Source: Macrostomum lignano
Lineage: Eukaryota
Reading direction: 5' to 3'
Assembly: GCA_002269645.1 (NCBI GenBank)
Contig: NIVC01000510.1
Span: 1 to 64,000 of the forward strand
DNA: 64,000 bases
A program made the translations under genes and the position numbers. The notes beneath the pieces were generated by a model. It searched no databases. It was not told where the DNA came from and saw only the letters and a program-made list of their open reading frames with translations. Shown piece by piece: positions 44,501 to 56,615 of the stretch (position 1 is its first letter; every line of letters begins with the position of its first letter).

Positions 44501-47500
44501 GTGTTTAATGCAACTGAGACTGACCTAGAGGGTGCTTATTGCAACTGAAATTGACAGATGGTGCTTATTGCAACTGAAATTGACATAGAGGGTGTTTAAT
44601 GCAACTAGAATTGACCTAGAGGGTGTTTAATACAACTGGGACTGACCTAGTGGGTGTTTAATGCAACTGGAATTGACCTAGAGAGGTTTATTACAACTGG
44701 AATTGACCTAGAAGGGGTTTATTACAATTGGAATTGACCTAGAGGGTGTTTATTGCAACTGGGACTGACCCAGAGGGTTTTTAATGCAACTGGAATTGAC
44801 ATAGAGGGGGTTTGATGCAACTGGGACTGACCTGGAGGGTGTTTATTGCAACTGGGTTTGACCTAGAGGGTGTTTAATGCAACTGGAATTGCTTTGATGG
44901 GGTTTATTACAACTGGAATTGGCCTTAAGGGTGTTTAAAGCAACTGGAATTGGCCTAAAGGGTGTTTCATGCAGCTAGAATTGGCCTAGAGGGGTTTTAT
45001 TACAACTGGGACTGACCTGGTGGGTGTTTAATGCAATTGGAATTGACCTAGAGGGTTTTTAATGCAACTGGAATTGACCTAGAGGGTGTTTATTACAACT
45101 GGGACTGGCCTGGAAGGTGTTTAATGCAACTCGGGTTGAGCTGTAGGGAGTCAGAAACCTGAGGTAAACAAACCTCTCCGCAGGCCCAGCCGGCATGGAG
45201 TTCTCCACTGTTATCCTCATCGACGCGTACCCTGAGGCCAGCCGCCAGAGCATCCGAGTTGGTCGTTCAACTTTGGACACCTGGTCCAGATTGGCCAGGC
45301 ATACAAAGGGGGAGCCGCTGTGGCCTTGCGGACTGCGCAGGTAGAGTCTCTTGTCGGTGAGGATGAGGTGACCGGCGCCCAGCTTCTCCACGTGCACCAG
45401 ACTGCCGGCTTTGAGAACGATCTGAATTATTGGATAGTGGGGGCATGAGCTAGTTAGTGCTGTGCTAGCTTTGCTTAGGGATGTGAGAGGCTGGCCCAGC
45501 AACTGAGGATCTGGGAGCCTGGCTCAGCAACTGAGGATCTGAGAGGCTGGCTCAGCAACTGAGGATCTGGGAGGCTGGCTCAGCAACTGAGGATCTGGGA
45601 GCCTGGCTCAGCAACTGAGGACCTGGGAGGCTGGCACAGCAACTGAGGATCTGGGAGGCTGGCTCAGCAACTGAGGATCTGGGAGGCTGGCTCAGCAACT
45701 GAGGATCTGGGAGACTGGCTCAGCAACTGAGGATCTGGGAGACTGGCTCAGCAACTGAGGATCTGGGAGGCTGGCCCAGCAACTGAGGATCTGGGAGGCT
45801 GGCCCAGCAACTGAGGATCTTGGAGGCTCGCTTAGCAACTGACACTCTGAGAGGCTGGCCAAGCAACTGACACTCTGAGAGGCTGGCCAAGCAACTGAGT
45901 ATCTGGGAGGCTGGCCCAGCAACTGAGGATCTGCGAAGCTGTCACAGGAACCGAGCTTTTGGTTGTAGAAAAACGGAAGTTTGATATTCGATCTTAAGCT
46001 TGTTACAGTGGAGTCAGCAACAGACTCACCGCGCCATCCTCGGGCGCATCAACGTCCAGCAGGCCGCGCACCCGGCTGCTCCACATTTCGTAGAAAGCGT
46101 CGAACACTCCCGGATCGACGCCGAATTTCTCCTCCGGCATCAGCAGCTGGTCGCCGTCCTCGTCTTCGATGTTGATGTCAACGTTGGCAGCAGTGCCGGT
46201 GACGGCAGACTGGTCCAGCGAAAGCAGCAACAGGGTGTTGAACAGCCTCCGCTGGAGTTCCTCGTCGAAGCTGATGCCCAGATTGGCCAGACACTCGCCG
46301 AAGCTCGTCTTGCTGATGCAGCGAGTTGGCAGCTGAATTTGGCGACTAATCCTTCGCCGATCTTTTAAAGCTTCGTCGCCGGATTCAATTGTGTCGACGA
46401 CGTCTCCGCCTGCTACGGCGGCGGCTGCAGCTGCGGCTGCCACAGCGGCCGTCATGATCGACGCCGGCTGCTCGAAGCTGTCCTCGGCGTCCAAATCGAA
46501 GTTGCCACCGCTAGCTGAATGAACGAACTGGCGCAGCTGGTCTAGCTCCTCTTTCAATGCCTGACGCTCGGCATCTGATAGGCCGCGCATAATCTCGCGA
46601 ACTGCCGGCTGGTTCACCAGGCGACTGTCCAGTCTGTAGCACTCGTGACAGTCGCGCAGAGCTGGCACGTTCTGACCAGTGGCCAAGTGGTACATGCTGC
46701 GCAGGTAGTGAATCGCCACGCGCCTGGGTGCAAATTAAAAAGGTTAGAAAGGTGCAGCTTTGAGATGGTGTACCTTTGAGATGGTGTATCTTTGAGATGG
46801 TGCAGCTTTGAGATGGTGTAGCTCTGAGTTGGTGTACTTTTGAGATGGTGCAGCTAAGCTAGAAGTGTTTCAGACCTGCTTCTCTCGGCTCCATCCAGCT
46901 GCCTGCCCAGCATGTCGATGCAGCGCTGATAGAATCCGTCTCCGCCAGCCTCCTTGGGGAAGTACTCCGGCAGCTGCAGGTAGTCCGGATTGCGCTGACT
47001 CGGCTCCAGCTCCGGCACTCGTGGCATGGACATCAGCGCGGTCGACTGACGCTTTTTAGTCTGTGCGTAGCTCTGCTTCCGGTTGCTGCGAGCCTGCCGA
47101 TCCCAGGCGTCCTCCCGGTTGTCGAGCCGGTCGTGCAGGAACGCGTCAAACATGGTGCCGTTGACAACCATTTCGTAGAATGACCGATCGGCATTGGGCA
47201 GCGAGTTCAAATAGCCGTCCTTGTTGAAGAAGCGAGCCTCCTCTTTGATGAACTGGGTCACTGTGCCGAATAACTCGACCATAAGCTGAAGGAAAGTGTT
47301 CAGCAGCAGGTGCCGATTTTCCATGTTGAACTGAGTCTTCTGCTTGTTGAAGTCCTCGATGGACAGAGCATCGGGCTTGGATAGAATGACCCAGTCAAAG
47401 TTCAGCTTCTTCAGCCTCGGCGATAACTGATCTTTTAATCGACGCAGCACATCCCTGTTAATTAGGGGGGGTAATAACCGGATGCTTAGGCATATTATGA

Positions 47501-48887
47501 AAAGGCCATAGTGCAACGCCTTCGGCGACATCGTCCCACAGCCAGCGTCACCCAGGGTGTACAGCGGCCCTGACTTTCGTTGTCAAGCATGTACACTCTC
47601 TACGCCTTGGGGTTGACCCTCGTGGTTGCGAATCGCACAAATTCCCTAATCTCGATTCGCGATGAACGACGGCTGACTAAAAGAAACATACAAAACACAA
47701 TCTGGACTCGCACCTGGGCATCGATGGCACCAGTTCGGCCGGTTCTGTCAGGTACACCTTGCCAGAGTCCAAGTCTCCAACCACTAGCCCGGCAGTTTCG
47801 TTCACTTCGTCGCGACAGTTGGAATGACAGCCAAAAAAGAATGGCTGAGGCGCGCCGAGGAACTCCACGCTCGGTATGTTGGACATGTACGGCAGGTTCC
47901 AGCGCATCGGATAGAGCAGCAGCAGCAGCGACTCCATCACCAGAGCGATCAGTGACGCGTCGGAGCTTGTCACCACGATGCGCTGATCGGTGAGCAGCGC
48001 CGACAACAACAGTAGAATATCGTCCAATGGCAGACTGCGAAACAGTACCGTGACGTCAAAGTCAACCACTAGGCCTATGCGAGGCATCGGCGGCAGTAGG
48101 TTCAGCGTGACGCCAAATAGTTCAGACTGGATGCCCAGACAGGTGTCTGATGGAGGCGGCACAGGGGTGCTGCACAGAGCGATGGTGGCCGACATTATGA
48201 TAGAGTTGAAGTTGTGCGGATCCTCTTGGCTGACACGGGACAGAATGGCTGACAGCGAGGTTTTTAGTACGGAGAAATAGGGCAGTTTGGAGACCAGGAT
48301 GACGGTTGAGGGCACGTAGACAATCTGAAATTGAAATTGACGCTACCCTGAGAACCTGGATTAGGTATTGAGCGAAGGATTCACCCCATGAAGACGGTAA
48401 CTAGGCAAAGAAACGTACCAAAGTCACTTACGTCGCCCCAGAGTCGTTGCAGGTAACAGGTAAAATAGGAAAGAAGTGACTCTATACGACTCTAAAACGA
48501 CGAGATTTCACGTTACAAATCGCCAAAAAGCCGGCAAAGAGTGGTCTAAGAGTCAATTTGAGGCGCTTTATTGACTGAGACTCTGCAACGGTTCCGGGGC
48601 GCTTCTATAACAACCCTGGAGCCGTAAAGTCGTATCTGAGGCCTGCCAGAGCCGCTGTATATTCACTGAGTTGCGTCAAAAGCGCATCTAGAATCTAGAA
48701 TTACCCCGATTGGCAAAGCTTCGGCCAATTATTCAGCCGCGTCGGCCGCTAAGTCTGTCGGCCGGCCGCATCTGTTGCGAACTCCCGCAGCTCACGCTGG
48801 CGGATCCGCTTTTAAAAAGCCGACTCCGGTAATCCCCTGGTGTAGTGGTAGTAGTAGTGGTAGTAGTAGTGGTAGTAGTAGTGGTAT

Positions 48888-48922
<35 letters not shown>

Positions 48923-51270
48923 AGTAGTTGTAGTGATATTGGTAGAGGTAGTAGTATAAGTAGTAGTTGTTGTAGTAGTATTGGTAGTAGTAGTAGTAGT
49001 AGTAGTAGTAATAGTGGTACTTCTAGTACTAGTAGTGGTCGTGGTCGGGGTGGTAGTAGTAGTATTAGTAATATAGTCGTGTATCAACACTAGCATTCTT
49101 TGTCGTTGTGGTCGTAGTAGCTTTTATAGTAGTGCTTTGTGTGGTTTAAATCGTAGCTTTCTACTAACAGTAGTAAATAGCACCGCTTTTGTTTGTTGTG
49201 CACGCATTTAAGCACTGCTTTTGATGGTATCCTGTCTGTCCGCTTTCCCGCACACTTATTCAAAATTTTTCGTTTGTCACGCTACGCTCGTCGAATCGCA
49301 TTTCGCATTTATTACAACTCTATTTAGTCGAGTGAATTCAGTAGAAAGGTAAGCGCTAACACAATGACTCCTGGACGACTTTTTCGGAACGCTTCTACAA
49401 CTCATGTGATGCGCTGATGACTCAACAGTCGCCTCTCCATCGCATTACAGTCGATTGAGTCGTTTAAAAGTCACAAGAGTAGCCTAGTGAGTTATTTGCA
49501 ATGTCTCTTTAGCGATTCTTGTCACGGTAACGTTTTCAACGGGATTTGCGGCAGAGCCAAAATTCAGGCTTAAAAACCTATATCCGGGCTACCCAATGAT
49601 GTTAAACAAGCGCACCTCATCATTCAGTCCATCCACGTCATCGTCTCGACAGTCTTCCTCTAAGCGAAGCTGCACCAAGCTGTCATCGTCTGCATCCTCT
49701 TCGGCGTCCTCATCGCTGTTGGGGCCAGCATTAGCCAGGCTGGGTTGCCGTCTGGCGCGGTACTGCCGACCGAATGTCAGCAGGGTGGCGTAGAGTCGGT
49801 CGCCAGATATGTGCGTCAACACATGATAATCGATCCTCGCTTCCAAGGGGCGGGCACTGATCTGCAGATGGGAGGTGAAAACTTAGTTATCTAAAGCACG
49901 GTGACCAATTCAAGACACGGTGACCAATTCAAGACACGGTGACCAATTCAAGACATAGTGACCAATTCAAGACACGGTGACCAATTTAAGACAGGGTGAC
50001 AAATTCAAGACAGGGTGACCAATTCAAGACATAGTGACCAATTCAAGACACGGTGACCAATTTAAGACAGGGTGACAAATTCAAGACAGGGTGACCAATT
50101 CAAGACACGGTGACCAATTTAAGACAGGGTGACAAATTCAAGACAGGGTGACCAATTCAAGACACGGTGACCAATTCAAGACACAGTGACCAATTCAAGA
50201 CACTGACCAATTCAAGACACTGACCAATTCAAGACACAGTGACCAATTCAAGACACTGACCAATTCAAGACACTGACCAATTCAAGACACTGACCAATTC
50301 AAGACACTGACCAATTCAAGACACTGACCAATTCAAGACACTGACCAATTCAAGACACTGACCAATTCAAGACACTGACCAATTCAAGACACTGACCAAT
50401 TCAAGACACTGACCAATTCAAGACACTGACCAATTCAAGACACTGACCAATTCAAGACACGGTGACCAATTCAAGACACGGTGACCAATTCAAGACACGG
50501 TGACCAATTCAAGACACTGACCAATTCAAGACACTGACCAATTCAAGACACGGTGACCAATTCAAGACACTGACCAATTCAAGACACTGACCAATTCAAG
50601 ACACTGACCAATTCAAGACACGGTGACCAATTCAAGACACGGTGACCAATTCAAGACACGGTGACCAATTCAAGACACGGTGACCAATTCAAGACAGGGT
50701 GACAAATTCAAGACTTTGTGACCAAATACAAGACAAAAAGCGAGATAATTCTAGACATACGGCATCGATGGGCATTGGAGAACAGTAGAATTCAAAACAC
50801 ACAAACGCACCATTATGCTTAAAAGTACAAACCTGCAAGCCTTCCGGGTAGCAGAGATCCGGCAGTCCTTCCGCCACCTCGCCAGCCACCTTCTTCTCGT
50901 GCTTTGTCACCGCAATGTTGCGCACAGACGACATTCGTCTACCGTCGGCTCCGCCAACACCAGACAGGCCGCCGCCGATGCCGCCGCCGCCGACGCTGCT
51001 ACCGGTGAGCGTTGGTCGTCGACGCATCAGTCGAGCCAGAGTCTGCTGCTGCTGGTCCTCGTCAGACATCAGCGACTTAACAACGTCAGCATTCGCTCGG
51101 GCAAAGCTCGGCCGACGAGCCTGCCTACTAGATGCCGCCGAGATTGACTGCCGCGGCGAAGACGACGGAAGCAGGGACTGGACGATGCCCAGGCGACGAC
51201 CCCCACGGCCGCCACCACCGCCGCCGCCGCTGCTGCTGCCGCCTCCGACACCAAGGCTCGCTAAATAAGG
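41543..51270 (-). CDS. DENND3: DENND3-like Rab GEF (uDENN-cDENN-dDENN, PH-like, WD40); normal-polarity exons 51270-50833, 49861-49616, 48324-47714, 47454-46876, 46723-46030, 45421-45174, 43762-43231, 42955-42582, 42206-41543
   Basis: LPDLCYPEG, HVLTHISGDRLYATLLTF, ILVSKLPYF, LLTDQRIVVTSSD, LYPMRW, APQPFFFG, FLQLMVELFG, TMFDAFL, GHLILTDKRL, WD40 LHGHADVVECL/IAVWD. All junctions GT-AG and in phase. The first two exons lie in the complemented block. Confidence 0.88.
42225..42500. repeat. ~75-bp tandem repeat, about 3.5 units, DENND3 intron
   Basis: GTCTAGGGCC..GTGGCTGGAGGATTGGAGCAGTTGGGCT repeated. Confidence 0.85.
43790..45125. repeat. 31-bp minisatellite (AAAGCAACTGGAATTGGCCTAAAGGGTGTTT), ~1.3 kb
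   Basis: Seen directly; homogeneous core and diverged flanks. Confidence 0.93.
45480..45936. repeat. 28-bp minisatellite, same family as 1655-2160
   Basis: CAGCAACTGAGGATCTGGGAGGCTGGC units; same terminal GAGGATCTGCGA. Confidence 0.92.
47505..47640 (-). mobile_element. Family B SINE fragment in DENND3 intron
   Basis: AGGGTGTACAGCGGCCC...GCATGTACACT...CCTTGGGGTT shared. Confidence 0.65.
48840..49075. repeat. (TAG)n microsatellite
   Basis: Seen directly. Confidence 0.92.
49895..50720. repeat. 18/20-bp minisatellite (TGACCAATTCAAGACAC[GG])
   Basis: Seen directly. Confidence 0.95.
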
Positions 51271-51424
51271 CTGCTCGAAGGATTAGAGCGAGCCGCAGTA
51301 AATTCGCAATGAATATAAACGTTGCTTCTATCAAAAAACGGAACTAGGGCTTAGCTGAGTTTCTGAGAAATCAAAGACGACATCGACCCGAAGGCAGCAA
51401 GGAAGAAAGCAATCGTGCCCGTTG

Positions 51425-51620
51425 AGCGAACCCACGAGCACGCAGCGGATACGTACACAGGTACACACTCGCATAGGGGTGTACAGCGGCCCGACTTGCT
51501 AATCGTCAGGCATGTACACTCTCTGTGCCTTGGGGTGTAGGCTCTTATGGGTTGGATGTAAATCGTGCGACAACCGGTGGAGGGTCCCGGTTCAAGCCAC
51601 GTGTTTGTTCAGGGTTTAAT
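51425..51620 (-). mobile_element. Family B SINE fragment spanning the left edge of the complemented block
   Basis: Normal polarity matches the family to ~51551. From ~51564 only the complement matches (GCACG..., GGCCAAGTTCGGTGCACAAA vs 9230 GGCCAAGCTTCGCGCACCAAA). Confidence 0.6.
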
Positions 51621-51718
51621 TAAGGGGGGTTGGGAGGAGTCCGGTTATAGAAGGACTAATAGAAGGACTTCAAATTCATCGATTTTTAGTTAATACTTTT
51701 TCGAGAGAAAGTAGAGTG

Positions 51719-51890
51719 GCCGCGGAGCGACAGAAGAAGGAGAAGTAGGAGGAGGAGATAGTACCACCCTCAGACCCGTCCGCCGACGACTACGACGACG
51801 AGTTGGTCGGCTGGGACCCGCTCCCTCGCTCTCCGGGAGCTCGGGCGCACCTTTCGACCGTCACCCATCTTGCCTCGGTGACCGCCCACC
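51719..51890. other. DENND3: DENND3 exon 2, readable only by reading the + text right-to-left without complementing
   Basis: TTTACAG| 172 nt |GTGAGA; (N)HPPVAPFYPLPAFHAG...MIEEEDEEEEDSEAP; phase 2 in, phase 0 out. Confidence 0.85.
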
Positions 51891-52461
51891 GACATTTAAC
51901 TAATCTTTCTCTTTGTTAACGAAAGAAATTATCTGTTGGAGCAACTGTTATCCTGTTGACGTACATTCAATCTCCCGTCAACCTTTAAAACGCTTAAAGT
52001 TCACTACCGGCCAAAAGTAACATCAATACACAAAGCAGGCTCGATAACAACAAAGTTATAATTATTATTATTAACTAATATGGATGTGTTTATCTGTCTA
52101 CACGTTGGCTGTCGAGTCGGCGTCGATAACGCGCCGCGTAGACTTCCGACGCATGCCGACAAGTCAGGTTCCTGACCCCCAGCGGTGCGTGGGAGTTAAT
52201 GGGCTCGATCACGACCGTGGGTAAAATGGCGACCCACTTGACTTCGTTACGTCTCAATTCACAGAACGAGGTCCTGTGTTTAACAAGACTCACCCAGCTC
52301 TTAGCTTGGGGCTGGAAAATCAGCACTCAGGCTGCGAGATTGGTGATCCGATGTTGGATGTTGGGGGACAAAAGTTCGATAACTGTTAATCCTTCAAGTC
52401 TTAATAATTTCGACTGCTAGTTATTAGATACCTTTTCGTGCGATTTCTGTGTTTATGATTG

Positions 52462-52652
52462 AACAACCCTTTTTGGCGGAATCTAAGCAACTGTCAACGA
52501 TCCTTTGTTCCGAGCATCCGCTACGACCAGTCGTCGAACAAACCTGGCGACGGTCGCGGCGGCGGACCGGCTCCGGCCTCTGACGACGACAGTAGCCGCG
52601 GTTGATGCTGTTCATGAAGATTCTCTGCTAAGAAATCTATTTTCGGTCTGTA
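52462..52652. other. DENND3: DENND3 exon 1 with start codon, readable only right-to-left
   Basis: MSGFYLKNRLLEVLVVVGADD...LLTSIAYEPCFLATVNESKAVFPN then AA|GTTAGT. RLLEVLVVVG is the typical N-terminal strand of DENN proteins. Confidence 0.88.
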
Positions 52653-53696
52653 ACGTTAATCATTATTGACGACGATAGTTACTTAAAGAAAATTGACGAA
52701 GACGTTTTCTCCCCCAACTTGAGATAAATAATCAAAACTCAATTTCAAAGTTTTTTACGTATAGTAACTTAATTTACTTTAACTTTAATACGAAAAGAAG
52801 AAGAAGAAGAGTACACGTTATCAATATAACAGCCACTGATTCATTTTAACAAAGGATTGAACTGGTATCACTAAAGTTAATAGTACCATCGCATCGCAAA
52901 TCATCTTTTGATTAACTATTAAATAGGTTAACCAACTTCTTTTTATCTCGACAATCCCATTTACACTATTCATCCGACAGACATTTTTTATCTTATTTTA
53001 TGACGTTAAAAATAACATTGAGGAAAGAGATTAGATTATCCTTGTATTAAATACATGGTGAGCATATAGTAAAATACTTTAAATCCCACTGACTTTTAAT
53101 ACCGATAGATTTTTGACCGTCAAACTAGCTATTTGATCAATCTGACTAATTTGAACTCTATGTTGTTGTTTCTTTAAGTTTTATACAGTATAAACCACAT
53201 ACTCACGATCGTCTTATTTCATTTTTTATAATCACTAAATCTTTTTTTGGGTCTTTATTTGACAGACTTAAGAAACATAGAGTGTAGGTATAAACATTGT
53301 CATAAACTTTGTTGTTAAGAGATGACTCAGTCATAACCGACTGTCATGGCGCGCACTACGATTAGGCGTCACGCCTAATTCAGCTTTAAATTAACTGAAT
53401 TTATTAATCTGTTTTTTAGATTTCGGTATGAGGATGGTTTACGTAAAAAATAATCAGCAATGTGCTCATGTAAATTGTAAAATTATTTTTTAATATAAAT
53501 TTATTTATCTATTTATGTTATTTGCGTTTTTGTAGACGAAGTCGTTTCGAAAAATTTTTATCAGAAACAAAATGACATTGACAATCTTTTCAAGATATAC
53601 GTTGTTGTTAAAGTTTTTTGCAAGAGGAAAAATGACTGAAAAGTATCTAGCTATCATCACACTCAAATAATCACAAATTTCATAAAACATAGCGTC

Positions 53697-53723
53697 AACC
53701 TTGGACCTTCGTCGGATTTTTAC
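53697..53723. other. EEF2: Candidate ATG-only first coding exon of eEF2, readable in the plain complement
   Basis: Complement reads TCGCAG|TTGGAACCTGGAAGCAGCCTAAAAATG|GTAAGC. eEF2 exon 2 starts TTTAG|GTG AAC TTC and lacks an ATG. Confidence 0.55.
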
Positions 53724-54439
53724 CATTCGAGGACAAAAAAGACGATGATAATCGATTTAATAAAACGTCATAACGACATAAAAATGACCATTACGTATTA
53801 AGACCGACAAAGCGGGGTTTGATTTGGTAAGGACGGTTCCTGTAGAAAGGAAAAATCTGGCAAAGCGGGTATTTATTACAAATCTTTAAAAAAAACGTTA
53901 ATCCAGATCATTAAAAGCAGATGAATTGATCCGGATACCGATACGTAGAAAATAAAGCTTCTAAACCATAGATTGATTTCTTCTAAATCTTCATAGTTAG
54001 TTTCTAAATCACAGATTCCTTTCCTGGTAAAACTTTAAACGCGAACGTTGTTATTTCCTGGAAAAAACGTTGACAACGCTGTTAAGTTCCTGAAAACGAC
54101 AACGCGTGTCTAAGGTTTGTTACGGTTTAAATGTAACGTTTTTAGATAGTGTAGTTCAATTTAACGTAAATCTTTGACGTGTAAAAGATTTAAAAGGTTT
54201 TTACAAGAAATCAATTTGTTTTTGAAAGATATTGTAGAAACTTATTAGTTTTTATAATTATCCATGATTGTTTAAAATTTTGAAATATAAACCTTTTCAT
54301 GATAATGATAACATTTATTTTTACCTTAAAAAATTTGAGAGTAACAACAATTACAATCCGGATGTTACACGTACATCAAAACATTTTCTTTTTAATATCA
54401 TCACCCACACGGTTTTCAAAGAGTTCGAATTTTACCACG

Positions 54440-55161
54440 GGGGATAACCTTATTCAACTGTTTTACACCTACTGGTAGGCAGTGTAAAAACCTAAGAGGA
54501 CCACAGCGTAACACGTTGTCACCATAGTTCACCACACAGTACAACGCGTTGTAACCTTTGGTCTACAGCAGTACGTAACGTGTTACGTTGCGTTGTCACA
54601 CCGTTGAACCACAGACCGTAGTACACAGCGCAACGCCGGATCTATACATCGGTTTTGGAGTATTTGACACAAAGTAACATTATACAAATACAACAAAGAA
54701 CCATAAATTTACAAAATTTGTACAAACTATTATTGATCAAGAACTTAACAAGAAAAAATAAAACTGCCATTTCATTGATTATGAAGTTTATATTAAAAAT
54801 CTTTACAATGAACAATCAATGTTACGTACGTGACAAAAGATTCACAACATGGAAACAACAAAATGACAAATAACAAAAATTTAAAGTAAAGAAAAAGACG
54901 TTTTAACTTTCCTTATGAAAACAGAGAGTGAGGTACCAGAACCACAACCCTCACTTACCGTTTTGTCTTTAACAGTTAACGTTGCACCGACGATACCACA
55001 GGAGGGGGAGGGGGACCAATAAGCCAACAGTCACAACGCAACGTGCAACGTAGCGGTGGGGGGATCAGTTGTTTTAAACCACAGCGCAGTACGAAAACTT
55101 CCGTGTTAAAACCGTGGGTACAACGTACAGGCGTCCAAAAACTTTGAATAAGGTTATCCCC
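54440..55161. mobile_element. 722-bp MITE inside the complemented block, 18-bp TIR, 6-bp flanking direct repeat
   Basis: As given: GGGGATAACCTTATTCAA ... TTGAATAAGGTTATCCCC flanked by ACCACG on both sides. Confidence 0.7.
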
Positions 55162-55699
55162 ACCACGGGGTTTCACCATGGGATTATACGGTTTGAGAAG
55201 TTACCATACAACCTTTTAAGACCACATGTACATTGGAACTCACATCCATACGGTTTTCATCCGTACGTGTCAACCGCACGTAGTGAGGACTCTTTAATCA
55301 TACGTACGTGTGGACCGTATGTTGAATATCTTAGAACACTTTCTCAATCATTTTTTTCTTATTCACTTTTTTTATTTTTAGTAAAATTCATTTTTTATAA
55401 TTCGAAAGATCAAAAAAGTTCGAACATAATTCCGTAAATTTGTTTATAAACGTATATAGTTAAAAAACGATATTTATTATATCCCCTTTTTCGTTTTTTT
55501 AGTTGGTTTATTAATCGGTTTTCACAAGAAGTGCGTTGGGTTTTTTCCAGTAAATAACAACGTTAAGATCGTATTTAAATTCTCACACTCACATATGAGT
55601 TTTAAAAAACACACGTGGGCGGACCGACAGTATTAGACCAAAAGTAGGTTTCGTTGTAGGGCTTAAAGTAGACCATACATTATGTTTACAGAGTAAATT

Positions 55700-56070
55700 T
55701 TTGGCCTACTCTCGGCCTACTTTTCAAATGTTTGGTCTACTTTTGTACGTATAAACTGGAAAGTAGACCCACAAGTTGGTTGTAATCAGGCCTTTAAGTA
55801 GGTCCTTCGATAGACCTTTCGACGTCTCTTGTCCCGCCTCGTTTAACACCTCGTTTAGACCTGCTTTACATACGTACGGAGGTGGCCTACTCTTTGGCCT
55901 GTTTTAAGGTCTACTTACGGCCTAGTTTACATACGTGTGGAGGTGGTCTACTTTGACCTACTTTAAGGCCTACTTACGGTCTAGTTTACATACGTGTACA
56001 GATGGCCTACTCTTTGACCTGTTTTAAGGTCTAGTTTACATACGTGTTCAGATGGCCTACCCTTTCGTCT
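55700..56070. repeat. Degenerate tandem repeats (complement: CCGGATGAGAAACCGGACAAAATTCCAGATG), related sequence at ~58030-58400
   Basis: Recurrent GGCCTACT/GACCTACT units as given. Confidence 0.65.
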
Positions 56071-56235
56071 ATTGTACAATTTCTTGATTCATTCCAACTG
56101 TTGTTCTGCTTTAGAAAACTTTTACATTCTCTTGTTTAACGACCTTTGTGGAGTTTCTTTCGTTCCATATAACGTGAACGTGTCTCCCACCGGTTGGAAA
56201 TTAAGTGAAACGATCTATCTCATCACCTTCGACTT

Positions 56236-56615
56236 ATATAACTTTGGCTTCTATGTACGCGTTATCAGCCGACTGGCTAAACCGCCGGTTGGTTACATTC
56301 AGTGTTTTTACGGGTGGGCTTATTTATGTTTTCATCATGATTCATCTACTGTTCCGTAAAAAGGAATTATTCTCTCAGTATCAATGAGAACGACAATTGG
56401 GTTTCAACGTAACCAAAAAAACATGGCTTATAACTTTGGCTTGTATGTACGCGTTATCAGCCGGCTGGCTAAACCGCCGGTTGGTTACATTCAGCGTTTT
56501 TACGGGTGGGTTTATTTATGTTTTCATCATGATTCATCTACTGTTCCGTAAAAAGAAATTATTCTGTCAGTATCAATGAGAACGGCAATTGGGTTTCAAC
56601 GCAACCAAAAAAATG
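56236..56615. repeat. Direct tandem duplication of a ~190-bp unit
   Basis: TTATAACTTTGGCTT...AACCAAAAAAA occurs twice; explains twin ORFs 56205 and 56397. Confidence 0.85.

Noticed and set aside
49410-49470. Hammerhead ribozyme (CTGATGA plus stem); also 33586 and 32836
   Set aside because: No GAAA core after stem II and no stems I/III found.
55202-55210. Alternative ATG|GTATGT candidate for eEF2 exon 1 in the complement
   Set aside because: Lies just beyond a MITE end with no clear upstream acceptor; 53721 has the better context.
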